A DNA stretch of 64,000 bases from an uncultured Planctomycetota bacterium (GCA_963719315.1 CAVRBU010000006.1:224001-288000); one strand, 5' to 3'. Positions 31,062 through 46,532 are shown, counted from the stretch's first letter. The notes: generated from the letters alone by a model not told the origin. Numbers and translations: made by a program.

Positions 31062-32228
31062 GTCATTACACCAGGACCACGTGCAGCCACGCGGCCGGGC
31101 GTCGCGCTTTCGTACGCGCTGAACTCGGCCCAGATCGGGTAGTGGTCGGAGACTTGCAGGGCCTGATCGAGCGTGAGGTTGTGGAGGCGCTGGACGTCGT
31201 ACACGCCCCAGCGGCCGCTGAACTCGGTCGTTGAGGGTCGGTGGATGATGATGTTGTCGTACTGGGCGTTCTGGCGAGTGTTCGTGTAGGCGCCGCGGAC
31301 GATGGGCTGCACGCCATCCAGACGGCCGAGGTCGCCGAGGTGTTTGTCGTCGACGTTCAGGTCGCCCAATAGGATGATGTCGTCTTCGCCGCCCGAAGCG
31401 CGGCGGACCGCTTGATACACTTGCGCGAGGGCGTTGAGTTCCGGGCCGGTTTCATCCGGGTCGGTGTGCATGTCGACGAGCACGAACGTGAAAGCTTGCT
31501 CGGGCGGTGGGCCGCGGACGCGAAACATCGCCACCAGCGGCTCGCGGTGAAGCAAATCGTCGGGGTCGTTCACCGTGAATACACTGCGGCGATTGACCTC
31601 GATCGTGGCCGTGTCGTAGATGAACGCGTACTGTTCCTTGCTGACCGTGCGGCCCAGTCGCGGGCCGACTACTTTGTCGTAGACGCGGCCGTTCGTGTTC
31701 ACGTACGTGCGGAGGAAATTATCGATGAAGTAGTCATCCTGTGTGCGGATTTCTTGGATCGCGACGACGGAAAAATTCTGAATGATGGCGGCCAGCGTGG
31801 CCATGACATACGGCTTCGAGGCCTTGGCGTCGCCGAACACCTGAATGTTGAACGAGGCGATGCGGATCGCAGGGCCGCCGAACATGGGTGTGGGCGGCGT
31901 GGGATTCGTAACCACCGATTGCGACGCGTAGCTAGCCGGCACCTGGGCCGACTGCGTTTGGGAATTCGACGTTCTGATAGTTCTGAGCCGGGTAGCTCGG
32001 ATTCTGGTAGCTAGGATACGACGGGGCGTTGCCGTAATTCGAATTGCCGTAGTTGCCAGCAGGCGGGAACGGTCCGCCGAATTGTCCTTGTTGTCCTTGG
32101 GCGCCGAACTGTCCCTGGGTGACTTGGGCCAGGATATCGCCCAACTTTCCCTGCCCGGGGCCCTTGGTGAAATACCACCCGCCCGCGGAAAGCAGGGCCA
32201 CCAGAAATACAGAATAAGAACGAGGCAC
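31055..32228 (-). CDS. Endonuclease/exonuclease/phosphatase (DNase I-like) protein; frameshift ~31945
   Basis: IASFNIQVFG, VAIQEIR, KEQYAFIY, GDLN, YDNI and VSDHYPI. The N-terminus is in the 31932..32246 frame, GTG start after AAGGAGG. Confidence 0.88.
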
Positions 32229-32492
32229 GGGCCCCTCCTTGGGCATGCGAATGCGCGCAACGCGACCGCCATTAGCGCAGTCGGCAGAATTCGGGCGGGC
32301 AGGTTAGTGAATCTGAAAACGGCTGATTGGATGAGCCGTTTCAGCAATTCGATTACGATAGCAAGCTGGCAAAATAAGCCCTGATAGGGCTATCGCATGT
32401 GGCCCTTTCAGGGCCGCGCGATTCATTGCAGTCACGCGGAGAAACGATGAATCAAACAGAAGATGTTCGTTGTCCGCTTGGACGGGAGGGTC

Positions 32493-32958
32493 TCACAAAT
32501 CCTTTGCCATGCACACGCTGAGATCGGGGTGCGGCGTGTGCAGGTATTCGCCGTAGAGCGGAATTCGAATGAAGCCGGCGCGTTCGTACAGGGTAATGGC
32601 TTCGGGTTGGCGGGGGCCTGTTTCGAGAACAAGGCGGCGGGCGCCGAGGCGGCGGGCTTCCTCTTCGAGCGTTTCGAGGATCAGCCGGCCGACGCCCTGG
32701 CCGCGGCGCTAGGGGCCACATACATCCGTTTGATCTCGGCCACGCCTGGCTCGGTGCGGCGCACGGCGCCACAGCCGACGGGCTCGCCAGCAAGGTAAGC
32801 GATGAAGAAGCCGCCGCGGCCTTCGGCTACTTCGTCGGCATTGAGTCGGAAGAAATTGGCGCCGTCCTCCGGATAGCGATCCTCTAACTCGGCGTTCAGG
32901 CGCGGATAAGTTGTTGAGCGATTGCGGACATCAGGTCCGCGCGGAGGAGTTCGACCAT
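32493..32958 (-). CDS. GNAT acetyltransferase (several frameshifts)
   Basis: Pieces read MVELLRADL...LNAELEDRYPEDG...GEPVGCGAVRR...AEIKRMYVAP...SVCMAKDL. Confidence 0.75.
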
Positions 32959-33020
32959 GGGATTGTCAAAAGCGTTCGCAGTCAAATGTGTCGATTCTTT
33001 GGTCATCGATCTCGCAGCTT

Positions 33021-34524
33021 TCAAGCGAGTATGTCTCTCACGACATTCCCATGCACGTCGGTCAGCCGGTAGTGTCTGCCCTGGTATTTGAAAGTTAGCT
33101 GGGTGTGATCGACGCCCAAGAGGTACAGGATCGTGGCTTGCAGGTCGTGGACGTGGACCGCGCCGGGCGTGAATTTGTCTTTGGTGGGCGAGATCGGGTT
33201 GCCGCTTGAGTCGGCGATGTTGTAGCCGTAGTCGTCGGTGCGGCCGTAGGTGAGGCCGGGTTTGATGCCGCCGCCGGCGAGCCAGACGGTGAAGCAGCGG
33301 GGGTGATGGTCGCGGCCGTAATCGGTGGCGGTGAGCTTGCCTTGCGAGTAGCAAGTGCGGCCGAATTCGCCGCCCCACACGACGAGCGTGTCGTCCAGCA
33401 TGCCGCGTTGCTTGAGGTCGATCAACAGCGCGGCCGAGGCCTGGTCGGTTTCCCCACACTGGTTGCGGATGCCGGCGGGTAAGTTGTCGTGGTGATCCCA
33501 GCCCTGGTGATAAAGTTGTATGAATCGCACGTCGCGTTCGGCCAGCCGGCGGGCCAGCAGGCAGTTGGCCGCGAACGTGCCGGGCGTCTGGCTATCGGGC
33601 CCGTACAAGTCGAACGTCGATTGCGATTCGGTAGAGAGGTCTGTCACTTCCGGCACGCTGGTTTGCATGCGGAACGCCATTTCATATTGCGCGATTCGCG
33701 ATTCGATTTCTGGATCCAGCTCCTGGGCGAACTGGTGGCGATTCAGTGTGTTGAGTTCGATCGAGCATTGCACTGCGGCCGGAGCGGCAGATGCCATCGG
33801 GGTTGCTTAGGTACAAAACGGGGTCCTTGCCGGGGCGAAGCTGCACGCCCTGATACTTCGAATCCAGGAAGCCGCTGCCCCACAACCGGGAGTACAACGG
33901 CTGGCCGCCCTGGTTGGCGGAGACGAGCACGATGAACGACGGGAGGTCGGCGTTAATCGAGCCCAGACCGTACGAGAGCCACGCGCCCATCGAAGGCCGG
34001 CCGGCAATTTGCGAGCCGGTTTGGAAAAACGTGATCGCCGGGTCGTGGTTGATGGCCTCGGTGAACATCGACTTCACGAAGCAGACATCGTCTACGATCT
34101 GGCGGTGATAGGGGAGCAACTCGCTGAGCCACGCGCCGGACTGTCCGTGCTGCGCGAATTTGAAGATCGAGCCGGCGAGCGGAATCGACGCCTGTTGGGC
34201 CGACATTCCGGTGAGGCGTTGCCCGCCGCGCACGCGGTCGGGCAGTTGCTCTCCGTTCTTCTCGTTGAGGAGCGGCTTGTAATCGAAGAGGTCTTGCTGA
34301 GCGGGGCCGCCGGCTTGGAATAAATAGATGACGCGCTTGACGCGCGGCGGGAATTGCAGGTTCGAGATGCTGCGGGACGACGGCGCGGCGGCAGCTGCGG
34401 CGCCGGTTGCCGATACGCGGAGCATCGCGGCCAGTGCTATCCCGCCAATACCGGCGGCTGAGGAGCCAAAAAAATGGCGGCGGGTGACGCGCTCCAGGTT
34501 TTCGATGGGATGTGGCTCGTGCAT
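33021..34524 (-). CDS. DUF1501 domain protein (frameshift ~33740)
   Basis: Tat-like [48 protein letters not shown] and GRDHHP. Confidence 0.9.
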
Positions 34525-34539
34525 CGTATTGATTTCCTA

Positions 34540-37500
34540 CTACCGCTCGACGATCGTGGCGTCGAGATTGAGGATCGACTGACAGACGACCGTTAGTGCC
34601 GCGAGGTTTGCCGGCGGCAATTTCGAATCCAGCTTCGCATCGCCGAGATGGAGGAAGTCGGCTACATCTTTCTGTCCGGCTTTCGTAAAAACTTCAACTT
34701 GCTCGGTATACAGGTCGGTCAGCAGGGCAAGTTCGGTAGCATCCGGATGGCGGCCGGTAAGCCGCAAATAGACCTCGTCAATTTGTTGGTCCAGAGCGGA
34801 ATGCGCTTTGGACGTGATGCACGCCAGGGCGCGTGCCGCTTCGACGAATTGCACGTCGTTCAACAGGACGAGCGCTTGGAGCGGCGTGTTCGTGCGGCTA
34901 CGAGAAACCGTGCACACTTCGCGCGTCGGCGCGTCGAACGCCGCCATGTTGGGCAGAGGCGCCGTGCGCTTCCAAACGGAGTACAACGAACGACGATATA
35001 AATCCTTTCCAACCGATTGGTGGTACGCGGGCGACATGCTGTTGGCTTCGCGCCACAGATCCTCGCCCGGCTGATAGGGCGATACGGGCGGGCCGCCCAT
35101 GCGTCGGTCGAGCAGGCCAGAGGCCGCGAGCGCGGCGTCGCGGATTTCTTCCCCTTCCAGGCGACGACTTGGGCCGCGCGCCAGCAGTCGGTTTTCTGGA
35201 TCGCGCGCCCGGAGCTCCGGCGGGCAGCGTGAATCCTGCTGATAGGTTGCCGAGAGCACGATCGTCCGACATAGGCGTTTAATGTCCCAACCGTGGTCAA
35301 TGAAATCGCGGGCTAGCCAATCGAGCAACTCGGGATGCGTCGGCAACGCGCCTTGTTGGCCAAAATTCTCGGGAGTGGATACAATCCCGCGGCCGAAGAA
35401 ATTGGCCCACAAGCGATTCACAAATACTCGAGCGGTGAGCGGATGACGAGGGTCGGTGAGCCATTCCGCCAGGCCAAGTCGATTCCGAGGCGCTTGCGGC
35501 GGAAACGGAATCAGAATTTTAGAGAACGTATCGCGTCCGACGCGGTTCGCGTCCGTCTTCGGCGCATCGTAAGCGCCGCGAGTTAGAATGTACGTCGGCC
35601 GCGGCTCCGGCAGCTCCTGCATCACGGAAACTTCCTGCAAAGTTTCTTCCAGATCGACCAGCTCGTGCCGGGCATCGCGGAGGGTTTGCGTCGCATTGCG
35701 GGCATTCTCGTCAATGGCTGTAAAGTAATAATCGGCGAGAGCATCGCGATGCAACTTTTTATCGGCCAACGCGCCTTTGAGAGAAACTCCATCGTGAAGG
35801 GTTTGGATTTCCAGCAGTGGTAGAGCGCGTCCATAAATTCGAAATTCGTCGAAATCGCCGTTCCTAAAGCCCCGGTCGCGGAAGCGCTCGCCGATCATTA
35901 GTTTGCCTGCGCCGTACGTGGGCACTGAGGCCTTTTTATAGATGTGGTCGCGAAGAACGTCGGTGGGCTGCTGCTTGCCGTCCACGAACAGCTTCAGGCC
36001 GCTGGCGGTGCTTGAGCCGTCGTACGAGACGGCAATGTGTTGCCACTTTTTCGATGCGATGGGCTGCTGAGATCGCACGCCGATGCCGTTGCCGGGCCAA
36101 ATCCGATAGAGCCGAGCTTCGAGGATGCCGCCGTGCAGCATCAGGTCGAAGCCGTTAAAACCAACGTCGGTGCCAAACGTGCGCTGGAGCACTACGACGG
36201 GTTGCTGGTTCACCTCGTTGTCGCGAATCCAGAAGTCGAGCGTGAAGGGGTCCCAGCGATCGGATTCGAAAACGCCCGTGAAGGTCGCTCCTTTATCGCC
36301 GTCAAGGTGAAGTCCTTGCCGGCGAATACCCGCAACGCGTTGGACACCGGCAGCGGAGCCCTTTCCCATTCCGCCAGGCGCCTCGTTGTTGAGTGCCGCT
36401 GATTCTCCGTCGAACGAAAAGTACGCCTGCAAATCGACATCAGCCACCGGCGATGCGGCGGCGAGCCAATCGTCGAAACGCTGCCGACCATCGGCGATTG
36501 TTTTTTGCAGCGTCGCTTCTGCCTGAGTGATCTTTTGACGCACGGCCGCAAGTTGTTTCTCTTGCTCGCCCGTTGGCAAGAGCAGCGATGGAGCGGGCAC
36601 TTTAGACTGGTGATCGTACAAACCGTTTTCGTCGATCGAATTGAAAAACGCGGTCAGCGAATAATAGTCGCGCATCGTCAACGAATCATATTTATGGTCA
36701 TGGCAACGGCAGCATTCGACTGTTAAGCCTAAGATCGCGGTACCCAGCGTGTGGACGCGGTCGGAGACACCTTCGGTGCGAAATTCTTCAGCGATACTGC
36801 CGCCTTCGTTCGTCATCCGGTTGAGGCGGTTGAAGGCAGTGGCCAGAATTTGGTCGCGAGTGGGATTCGCGAGCAAATCGCCCGCCAACTGCCAGGTAAG
36901 AAACTTGTCGTACGGCAAATTGTTGTTGAGCGCACGAACAACCCAATCGCGATACGGCCAAGCGGTGTTGAGTTGATCGGATTGATAGCCGTAGGAATCG
37001 GCGTACCGGGCCGCATCGAGCCAGGCGACCGCCATGTGTTCGCCGAAGGCGGGGCTCGCTAGCAGACGATCGATGACAGCGGCGTACGCGGATTCGACAT
37101 TCGCCGCGGCTGCTCGTTCGAATTCGCGACATTCCTCGGGCGTCGGCGGCAAGCCGGTTAAGTCGAGCGTCACGCGGCGCAGTAAACGCAGCGGCGCTGC
37201 CGCCTTGGCAGGTTGCAGCTTCTTGGATTCCAATCGCGCCAGAACAAGATTATCCAGCGGCTGTCGCGGCCAGGAATCGTCGCCGACCTGCGGAACCGCG
37301 ATCTTTTCGGGCAGCGGTTGAAACGCCCAGTGCTCGGCGAATACCGCGCCCTCGGCAACCCAACGTCGGAGCAGTTCTTTCTGCTCGGGTGAGAGTGAGA
37401 GATTCGAATCGGGCGGCGGCATCCGTTCATCATCATCTTCGCTGAAAATCCGCGTGATGATCTCGCTTTTTTCCGGATTGCCGGGCGCGACGATCTTGCC

Positions 37501-37701
37501 GGTGATCCCTTCTCGCGTGTCGAGCCGCAAATCGGCTTGGCGGGCTTCCGCGTCGGGCCCGTGGCAACGGAAGCACTTATCGGAAAGAATCGGGCGGATG
37601 TCGCGGCCGTACGACACTGGCGGCCGCGTATCGGCGATCGCAAATTGCGTAACTGCAAGGCAGCATACGCCGGCAAACAGAATTGTCGTGCGACTTCTCA
37701 T
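34540..37701 (-). CDS. PSCyt1-PSCyt2(DUF1549)-LamG-PSD1(DUF1553) planctomycete cytochrome c protein
   Basis: [25 protein letters not shown], LamG-like insert, HPELLDWLA and TNTPLQAL. Confidence 0.9.
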   Translation of the reverse strand: MRSRTTILFAGVCCLAVTQFAIADTRPPVSYGRDIRPILSDKCFRCHGPDAEARQADLRLDTREGITGKIVAPGNPEKSEIITRIFSEDDDERMPPPDSNLSLSPEQKELLRRWVAEGAVFAEHWAFQPLPEKIAVPQVGDDSWPRQPLDNLVLARLESKKLQPAKAAAPLRLLRRVTLDLTGLPPTPEECREFERAAAANVESAYAAVIDRLLASPAFGEHMAVAWLDAARYADSYGYQSDQLNTAWPYRDWVVRALNNNLPYDKFLTWQLAGDLLANPTRDQILATAFNRLNRMTNEGGSIAEEFRTEGVSDRVHTLGTAILGLTVECCRCHDHKYDSLTMRDYYSLTAFFNSIDENGLYDHQSKVPAPSLLLPTGEQEKQLAAVRQKITQAEATLQKTIADGRQRFDDWLAAASPVADVDLQAYFSFDGESAALNNEAPGGMGKGSAAGVQRVAGIRRQGLHLDGDKGATFTGVFESDRWDPFTLDFWIRDNEVNQQPVVVLQRTFGTDVGFNGFDLMLHGGILEARLYRIWPGNGIGVRSQQPIASKKWQHIAVSYDGSSTASGLKLFVDGKQQPTDVLRDHIYKKASVPTYGAGKLMIGERFRDRGFRNGDFDEFRIYGRALPLLEIQTLHDGVSLKGALADKKLHRDALADYYFTAIDENARNATQTLRDARHELVDLEETLQEVSVMQELPEPRPTYILTRGAYDAPKTDANRVGRDTFSKILIPFPPQAPRNRLGLAEWLTDPRHPLTARVFVNRLWANFFGRGIVSTPENFGQQGALPTHPELLDWLARDFIDHGWDIKRLCRTIVLSATYQQDSRCPPELRARDPENRLLARGPSRRLEGEEIRDAALAASGLLDRRMGGPPVSPYQPGEDLWREANSMSPAYHQSVGKDLYRRSLYSVWKRTAPLPNMAAFDAPTREVCTVSRSRTNTPLQALVLLNDVQFVEAARALACITSKAHSALDQQIDEVYLRLTGRHPDATELALLTDLYTEQVEVFTKAGQKDVADFLHLGDAKLDSKLPPANLAALTVVCQSILNLDATIVER

Positions 37702-37830
37702 ACGGGCCGCCTGAAGTTCACCAAGGTGACGAAATCTGTAGCCTGTCGTCGGCCAATTTGCTTTGGTTGCCGTCTGATCGCGGAAGGACCTATAATAAAG
37801 GTTCGTCGTGACGCGCAGGTAGGAGACGGC

Positions 37831-39765
37831 ATGCGGGCAGGCTCTTATTATCGCTGGGAATGGGCGTCCAAGGCAACCGTTTGGTTGGCTGCTCTCGGAG
37901 CCGTGAAAACCGCGTGTGGAGCTGAAGTCGCGGCCCCATTCGACTTCGCCCACCGGGCGGTGCCGATCCTTAAACAGCACTGCGTCGAGTGCCACGGTGG
38001 GCATCGCCACGAGGGCGATTTTTCGATTAATACGCGAGAATTAATTCTTGACGCGGGCGCAATCGAGCCCGGCAATTCGGCCGACTCGCACCTGATTGAG
38101 CTCGTTACGTCTGACGACAAGGACGAACGGATGCCCAAGGACAAGCCGCCCCTCTCGGCAAAGGACATTAAGACTCTGCGGGAATGGATCGACGCCGGAG
38201 CGCCGTGGGAATCGGGTTTCACATTTGCCGCGCTGGACTACGATCCGCCGCTCCGGCCGCGTCGTCCAGAGCTGCCGCCCGCAAGCGACGGCCGAACCAA
38301 CCCGGTCGATCGCATTCTGGATGCCTACTTGCAGCAACACAAAGTTGCGCGGCCAGCGCCGCTCGATGATGCGGCGTTCTTGCGACGAGTTTATTTGGAC
38401 ATCGTGGGCCTCCTGCCAACGTCGGACCAATTTCATAAGTTTCTGGAAAATGACAACCCGGCCAAACGCGAACAAGCAATTGATGAGTTGCTTGCCAATA
38501 GGCAAGCGTATGCCGAGCACTGGCTGTCGTTCTGGAACGATCTGTTGCGGAACGATTACCAGGGGACGGGTTACATCGACGGCGGCCGCAAGCAAATCAG
38601 CGCGTGGTTGTATCATGCGCTGTTGGACAACAAACCTTACGATCAGTTTGCCCGCGAGTTGATCGCACCGTCGCCCGAGTCGGAAGGTTTCATCGATGGC
38701 ATCAAGTGGCGCGGCAACGTCAACGCCAGCCAGAAGCGGGAAGTTCAATTTGCACAGAGTGTGGGCCAGGTGTTTCTGGGCCTGAACATGAAGTGTGCTT
38801 CGTGCCACGACAGTTTCATCGATCGTTGGAAGCTGTCGGAAACGTATGGTCTCGCCGCGATCTATGCCGACGCGCCGCTGGAAATGTATCGCTGCGACAA
38901 GCCCACGGGAAAAATGGCCCAGGCGGCGTGGCTGTTCCCCGAGTTGGGGCAAATCGACGCCGCGGCGCCGAAGGAACAGCGTCTGAAGCGTTTGGCCGAA
39001 TTGATGACCGACCGCGAAGATGGCCGCTTCACGCGGACGATCGTCAATCGCATTTGGCACCGGATGATGGGCCGGGGCATTGTGCATCCAGTGGACGCGA
39101 TGCAGACGCCGCCGTGGAGCGCCGACCTGTTGGACTACTTGGCAGTCGATCTTGCAGACAACGGCTACGATCTGAAGCGGACGATTCGCTTGATCGCTAG
39201 CTCCAGTGCGTATCAGTCGCAAGCGCTGTGCGCTCGACGCCCAGCCGACTGGACCTGAATTTGTGTACGCGGGGCCAATCGCGAAGCGGATGACGGCCGA
39301 GGAGTTCATGGACGCGTTGTGGCAAATAACGGCGACGGGGCCCAAAGAACCCAACAAAACCGTGGCTGCGTTTTTGACTGATGACGAAAAGAAAGGTCGC
39401 AAAACCTATCGCGCTTCGTTGGTGTCGTGCGACTTGCTGATGCGGTCGCTGGGTCGGCCGAATCGCGAGCAGGTGGTATCGGACCGTCCATCGATGCTGA
39501 CGACATTGCAGGCGCTCGACCTATCGAACAGCGAGTTGCTGGCGACGACGCTCGAGCGCGGCGCGCCCATGTTCTCAAACGATTTAAGGGAGAAGACGGC
39601 GCGGCGCTTACGACGTGGCTGTACGAATCTGCCCTGTCGCGGCTGCCCACTAGCTCGGAACGGACTATTGCGAATCAAATTCTCGGATCGCCCATAACCG
39701 AGCAGGGAGTCGAGGACTTGTTGTGGGTCGTTATGATGTTGCCGGAATTTCAGATCATTCGATGA
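37831..39765 (+). CDS. PSCyt/PSD1 planctomycete cytochrome c protein (frameshifts ~39235 and ~39570)
   Basis: CVECH, FLRRVYLDIVGLLP, CASCHD, RTIVNRIW; C-terminus EDLLWVVMMLPEFQIIR. Confidence 0.85.
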
Positions 39766-39815
39766 ATAAGCGTTTGCGCGAAAATAGCGAACTGATATAT
39801 CGAAAGGTATTCGCC

Positions 39816-41288
39816 ATGAACGACATGAAACTGAAGCGATACCAGAAACAGGTCGAGACGGCCGCGACGCGGCGGGAGTTTTTGCAGGCGATGGCCGCGG
39901 CGGGCGCCGCGGCGCTCGTGGCGGGCGAGTCGCGGCCGCTGCGCGCCGATTCGACCGGCGCGAAGATCGAACATCCGGTCGCGAAAGCCGACTCGTGTAT
40001 CTTGCTGTGGATGGCCGGCGGCATGGCCGCGCCGGAAACGTTCGACCCGAAGCGCTATCAGCCGTTCGAAGTCGGGTTGCCGGTCGAGAAAGTGATGAGC
40101 ACATTTCCCTCGATCGACACGGCGGTGGACAACATCAAGATTTGCCAAGGGCTAGAGAACATCGCGGGCGTGATGGATCGGGCGACGTTGATCCGGACGC
40201 ACGTGCTGCCCGACTTGGGCCACATCCTGCATTCGCGGCACCAGTACCATTGGCACACGGGATACGTGCCGCCGCAAACGGTGGCCGCGCCGCACATTGG
40301 CGCGTGGATGGCCCGCGTGTTGGGGCCACTCAATCCCGTGATGCCGCCGTTCATCAACATTGGTCAGCGGTTGGAGGGTAACGGCGAGTCCGAAGAGCTT
40401 AAGGCGTTCACGACGGGCGGCTTCTTCGGTTCCGAGTACGGCCCGTTCAATCTGCCGGTGGCCGAAGATGCGATGTTGGCAGTGCGTCCGCCGCAGGGGA
40501 TGGACGCGGGCCGGTTCGAGAATCGCTACCGGCTCTACGAAAAGATGGTGAAGGAGAGTCCACAGACGCGATATGCAAGCGACTATCAACAGCAGTCGAT
40601 GCTAAAGTCGATCGACGCGGCGCACCGGTTGTTGAGTTCCAAGGAGAAAACGGCGTTCGATCTCTCGCTGGAGAAGAAGCCGGCGGCCGACAAGTACGGC
40701 GACAGCAGCTTCGGTCGCGGATGCTTGCTGGCGCGGCGATTAGTCGAGTCGGGCGCGCGTTATATCGAAGTCACGACCGAATACATTCCATTCGTGCATT
40801 GGGACACGCACGAAAACGGCCACGCCACGGCCGAGCAAATGAAACGCGATATCGACCGGCCCGTCACCCAGTTGATTCTCGATCTCGAAGACCGCGGCTT
40901 GTTAGATCGTACACTCGTGATCCTGGCCAGCGAATTCAGCCGCGACATGATGATCGAAGGCGTGCCGGGGAGCACGGCCAAAGACCAGTCGCGCGCGAAA
41001 ACGGATGTGCTCAAACTACCAATCCACTACGGATTGCACCGGCACTTTACGGGTTCGTCGTCGGTGCTCATGTTCGGTGGCGGCACAAAGCGCGGGTTCC
41101 TGTACGGCGAAACGGCGGTCGAGCGGCCATGCTTGGTCACTAAAAACCCGGTGTCGCTCGAGGACCTGCATGCGACAATCATGCACCTGATGGGGATCAG
41201 CCCCAAGACGGCGTTCGACGTCGAACGGCGGCCGTTCTACGTGACGAAGGACGGCAAAGGTCAGCCGATTTGGGATATAATGTCATAG
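39816..41288 (+). CDS. DUF1501 domain protein
   Basis: TRREFL Tat motif, LLWMAGG...ETFDPK, CLLARRLVESG, WDTH and SEFSR. Confidence 0.9.
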   Translation: MNDMKLKRYQKQVETAATRREFLQAMAAAGAAALVAGESRPLRADSTGAKIEHPVAKADSCILLWMAGGMAAPETFDPKRYQPFEVGLPVEKVMSTFPSIDTAVDNIKICQGLENIAGVMDRATLIRTHVLPDLGHILHSRHQYHWHTGYVPPQTVAAPHIGAWMARVLGPLNPVMPPFINIGQRLEGNGESEELKAFTTGGFFGSEYGPFNLPVAEDAMLAVRPPQGMDAGRFENRYRLYEKMVKESPQTRYASDYQQQSMLKSIDAAHRLLSSKEKTAFDLSLEKKPAADKYGDSSFGRGCLLARRLVESGARYIEVTTEYIPFVHWDTHENGHATAEQMKRDIDRPVTQLILDLEDRGLLDRTLVILASEFSRDMMIEGVPGSTAKDQSRAKTDVLKLPIHYGLHRHFTGSSSVLMFGGGTKRGFLYGETAVERPCLVTKNPVSLEDLHATIMHLMGISPKTAFDVERRPFYVTKDGKGQPIWDIMS

Positions 41289-41336
41289 CGGCGCTTAGAA
41301 CCTCTAGGATAGACGCGTTTGCCGGAAAGAAGGACT

Positions 41337-41522
41337 ATGACAACTAAAGAAAAGATACTTACTACTATCGAGTCACTCGACGACGATGTGTCGATCGAAC
41401 AGGCAATCGATCGTTTATACCTGCTACAAAAAATTGAAATAGGACAGCAACAGATCGCTGCGGGGCAATTCGTCGATCACGATGAATTCATGAATCAACT
41501 TGAAGCTGAAGAATTGGAATGA
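41337..41522 (+). CDS. Putative antitoxin
   Basis: 61-aa acidic protein (LYLLQKIEIG...VDHDE) with an ATGA overlap onto the toxin. Confidence 0.75.
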   Translation: MTTKEKILTTIESLDDDVSIEQAIDRLYLLQKIEIGQQQIAAGQFVDHDEFMNQLEAEELE

Positions 41523-41808
41523 AAATCATATGGAGCGTGCAGTCGCGAAATGATTTGTTCGAAATTCGCAGGTTATTGCTCGCGACTCGCCCATCACGGC
41601 GACGAACTTCGTCCGCCGGTTAAGGACATCTGTAGAGCGGTTGCGAACATTTCCGGAATCGGGGCAGGTTGTACGAGAAGCCGGTAGCTCGAAGATCCGC
41701 GAAATCATTTTTGGGCAGTACCGAATTATTTACGAGTGTGGGTTCAATCGCATTGAAATCCTCGGGGTGTTTCATGGTGCGCGGCTCTTGGACGAAACGC
41801 AGTTTTGA
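41519..41808 (+). CDS. RelE/ParE-family toxin (frameshift ~41574)
   Basis: MKIIWSVQSRNDLFEI / IARDSP...LRTFPESG...IREIIFGQYRIIY...ILGVFHGARLL. Not in the ORF track because of the shift. Confidence 0.8.
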
Positions 41809-41862
41809 AAAATAGCGCCGACCGATGCAACGCTTGTTTAGTCCGTATTCGAGTTACGACAT

Positions 41863-44800
41863 GTGTATCCGCTCGTTTTTGTTGATCTGCGCGACGGCGA
41901 GTTGGATTTGCGCGCCTTGTCTGCGCCTTTGATGGCAGCCGCTTCGACGTCGATCGATTTCAATCGCGACGTTCGGCCCATTCTGTCGAACAACTGCTTC
42001 CATTGTCACGGGCCCGATTCGACGGATCGCGAGGCGGACTTGCGGCTCGATTTGCGGGCGGGTGAGGGGGACATCCACGGCGCCGAATCGGTGGTGGACG
42101 CCAAGAATCCCGCCGAGAGCGAGTTGATTAAGCGGATCGCGAGCGACGACCCGGACGAGCACATGCCGCCGCCCGATTCGGGAAAGACACTGACGCCCGC
42201 GCAGATCAAGATTTTGCGCCAATGGGTGGACGAGGGGGCGAAATACCAGAAACATTGGGCGTTTGTCGCGCCGCAGCGCCCCGAGATTCCTGCCGTCAAA
42301 AACAAATCGTGGGTTCGCAATCCGATCGATGCGTTCGTGCTCGCGCGATTAGAGCGAGAAGGCCTGGCGCCATCTCCGCCCGCCAGCCGCAACGCGCTGT
42401 TCCGCCGGCTGTCGTTGGACTTGATCGGATTGCCTCCGACGCTGGAGGAACTGGCGGCGTTCGACTCGCAGGCCGGTGAACATCCCTGCGATGAGCAGAT
42501 CGAGCGGCTGCTTGCCTCGCCACATTTCGGCGAACGGTGGGGGCGGCTTTGGCTCGATGTCGCCCGCTACGCCGATTCGGACGGCTATGAAAAGGACAAG
42601 CCGCGGTTCGTCTGGATGTATCGCGACTGGGTGATTAACTCGCTCAACCAGGACCTTCCGTACAACGAGTTCGTGATCGATCAGATCGCCGGCGACGAGC
42701 TGCCGCAGGCAACGCAGGAGGAGAAGGTCGCGACCGGGTTCTTGCGGAACTCGATGATCAATGAGGAGGGCGGAATCGATCCGGAGCAGTTCCGCATGGA
42801 GGCGATGTACGACCGCATGGACGCCATCGGCAAGGGCATTCTGGGACTGACGATTCAGTGCGCCCAATGTCACACCCACAAGTACGATCCTCTGACGCAG
42901 ACCGAATACTACCAGATGTTCGCGTTCCTCAATAACTGCCACGAGGCGCAGATCAGCGCTTATACGCGCGATCAGCAAGCGGAGTGGCAGGCGACCGAAG
43001 CGCGTCATTCGCACGATAGAAGATCGGCTCCGCGCGGCCAACCCCGATTGGCCGCAGCGAATGGCGGCGTGGGAAGAAAGCGTTCGCAGCAATCAGCCCA
43101 AGTGGACGATCATTCGGCCACCCGACGATTCGACGGGAGACCAGAAGCACTACGTGTTGGATGATGATTCGATTTTGGCCGGTGGCTACGCGCCAACAAA
43201 ATTTACTACGGAATTCACGTGCGATACGAAGTTGCCGAAGATTTCGGGCGTGCGGCTGGAATTGCTGAATGATCCCAACTTGCCGCATGGTGGGCCGGGG
43301 CGCTCGATCTATGGAACTTGTGCGTTGACGGAGTTCAACGTGGATGCGGTTCCTCTCGATCATCCGGACAAGGAACTGAAATTGAAGATCGCCAAAGCGA
43401 CTGCCGACGTCAATCCGCCCGAGCGCGTGCTGGAGAAGGCGTTTGATGATCTCAGCGGCAAGCGGCGTGTGACGGGGCCGATCGAATTTGCCAGTGACGG
43501 CAACGATCTGACGGCCTGGGGCATCGATATCGGCCCCGGTCGCAGCAACGTGCCACACCATGCCGTCTTCAAGTTTGAGAAACCGCTCGAAGCCGACGGC
43601 GGCGTGCGGCTTGACGTTCAAGCTCGTGCAGAACCACGGCGGTTGGAACAGCGACGACAATCAAAACAACAACTTGGGCCGGTTCCGCTTTGCCGTAACG
43701 GAGGCCGATAACCCATCGGCTGATCCGCTGCCGGCCGATGTGCGGGCTATCATCGAGACTCGTGCTGGTAAACGGACCGAGAAGCAGACGGCGCGGGTAT
43801 TCGACTATTGGCGGACAACTGTGCCGGAGTGGCAGGAGGAAAATCGCCGCCTCGAAGCATTGTGGCAAAGTCATCCACAAAGTACCACGCAACTCACGCT
43901 CCAAGAGCGAGATAAAGTGCGCCCGACGCACCGCTTGGAACGCGGTAACTTTCTCGCGCCGGCCGAAGAGGTAAAGCCCGGCGTGCCCGCGTTCCTGCAT
44001 CCGCTCGCGAAGCAAGATCCATCAAACCCGATCGCCACCCGGCTCGATTTCGCGCGCTGGCTATCCGATCGGCGTTCTCCGACAACCGCTCGCTCGATCG
44101 TGAACCGCATCTGGCAAGCCTATTTCGGCACGGGGCTGGTGACGACGGCCGAGGACCTCGGCACGCAAGGCGAACCGCCTTCGAATCCGGAACTTTTGGA
44201 TTGGCTGGCGGTCGAACTCATGGACAACAACTGGAGCCTCAAGCACATTCATCGATTGATCGTGGAATCATCCACGTACTGTCAATCCAGCACGGTGACG
44301 CCACAATTGCAGGAGCGCGATCCGGCGAACCGGCTGTTGGCGCGCGGGCCGCGATATCGGGAGGATGCTGAGATCGTGCGCGACACGGCGCTCGCGGCCA
44401 GCGGATTGTTGAACCCGGCGGTGGGCGGCCCGAGCGTATTTCCGCCGGCGCCGGCGTTCTTGTTCAAGCCGCCGGCCAGCTATGGGCCGAAGACCTGGAT
44501 CGTGGCCACCGGGCCCGATCGGTATCGACGGGGGATTTACACGTTCCGTTTCCGGTCGGTTCCGTATCCGGTGCTGCAAAACTTCGATGCGCCCATCGGC
44601 GAAGTGGCGTGCGCTCGCCGGTCGCGCTCGAACACGCCGCTCCAAGCACTGACGACGCTTAACGAGCCGCTGTTTATGGAATGTGCGCGAGCGCTTGCGC
44701 TGAAACTTGTGCGCGACGGTGGTACGACCGATTCCGAACGGCTTACGAACGCGATCAAGCGATGCCTATCGCGCGAGCCCCAAGGCGACGAACTGAAAGT

Positions 44801-45002
44801 ATTGCAACGCTTCTTGGATCGGCAGCGGCAACGATTTGCTAGCGCCGGCGCCGATCCATGGAAGCTGTTGGTCGATGATGAAACGACGAAACAGAAATTG
44901 TCGGCCGAGATACCGACCAAAACCACTCCGGCCGATCTGGCCGCCTGGACGGCAGTCGCGCGGGTTATTTTGAATCTTGATGAGACGATAACGAAGGAGT
45001 GA
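41863..45002 (+). CDS. PSCyt/PSD1 planctomycete cytochrome c protein (frameshifts ~43000 and ~43610)
   Basis: [44 protein letters not shown] and LNLDETITKE. Start uncertain. Confidence 0.85.
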
Positions 45003-45077
45003 CTATTGTCTGTGGTCCGTTGTTGATTGCATCATATAGTAGACTCAGTTAGCAACGGACAACGGATAACAAATAAC

Positions 45078-46508
<1,431 letters not shown>

Positions 46509-46532
46509 AGTATGCTAGATAGAATAGAATAG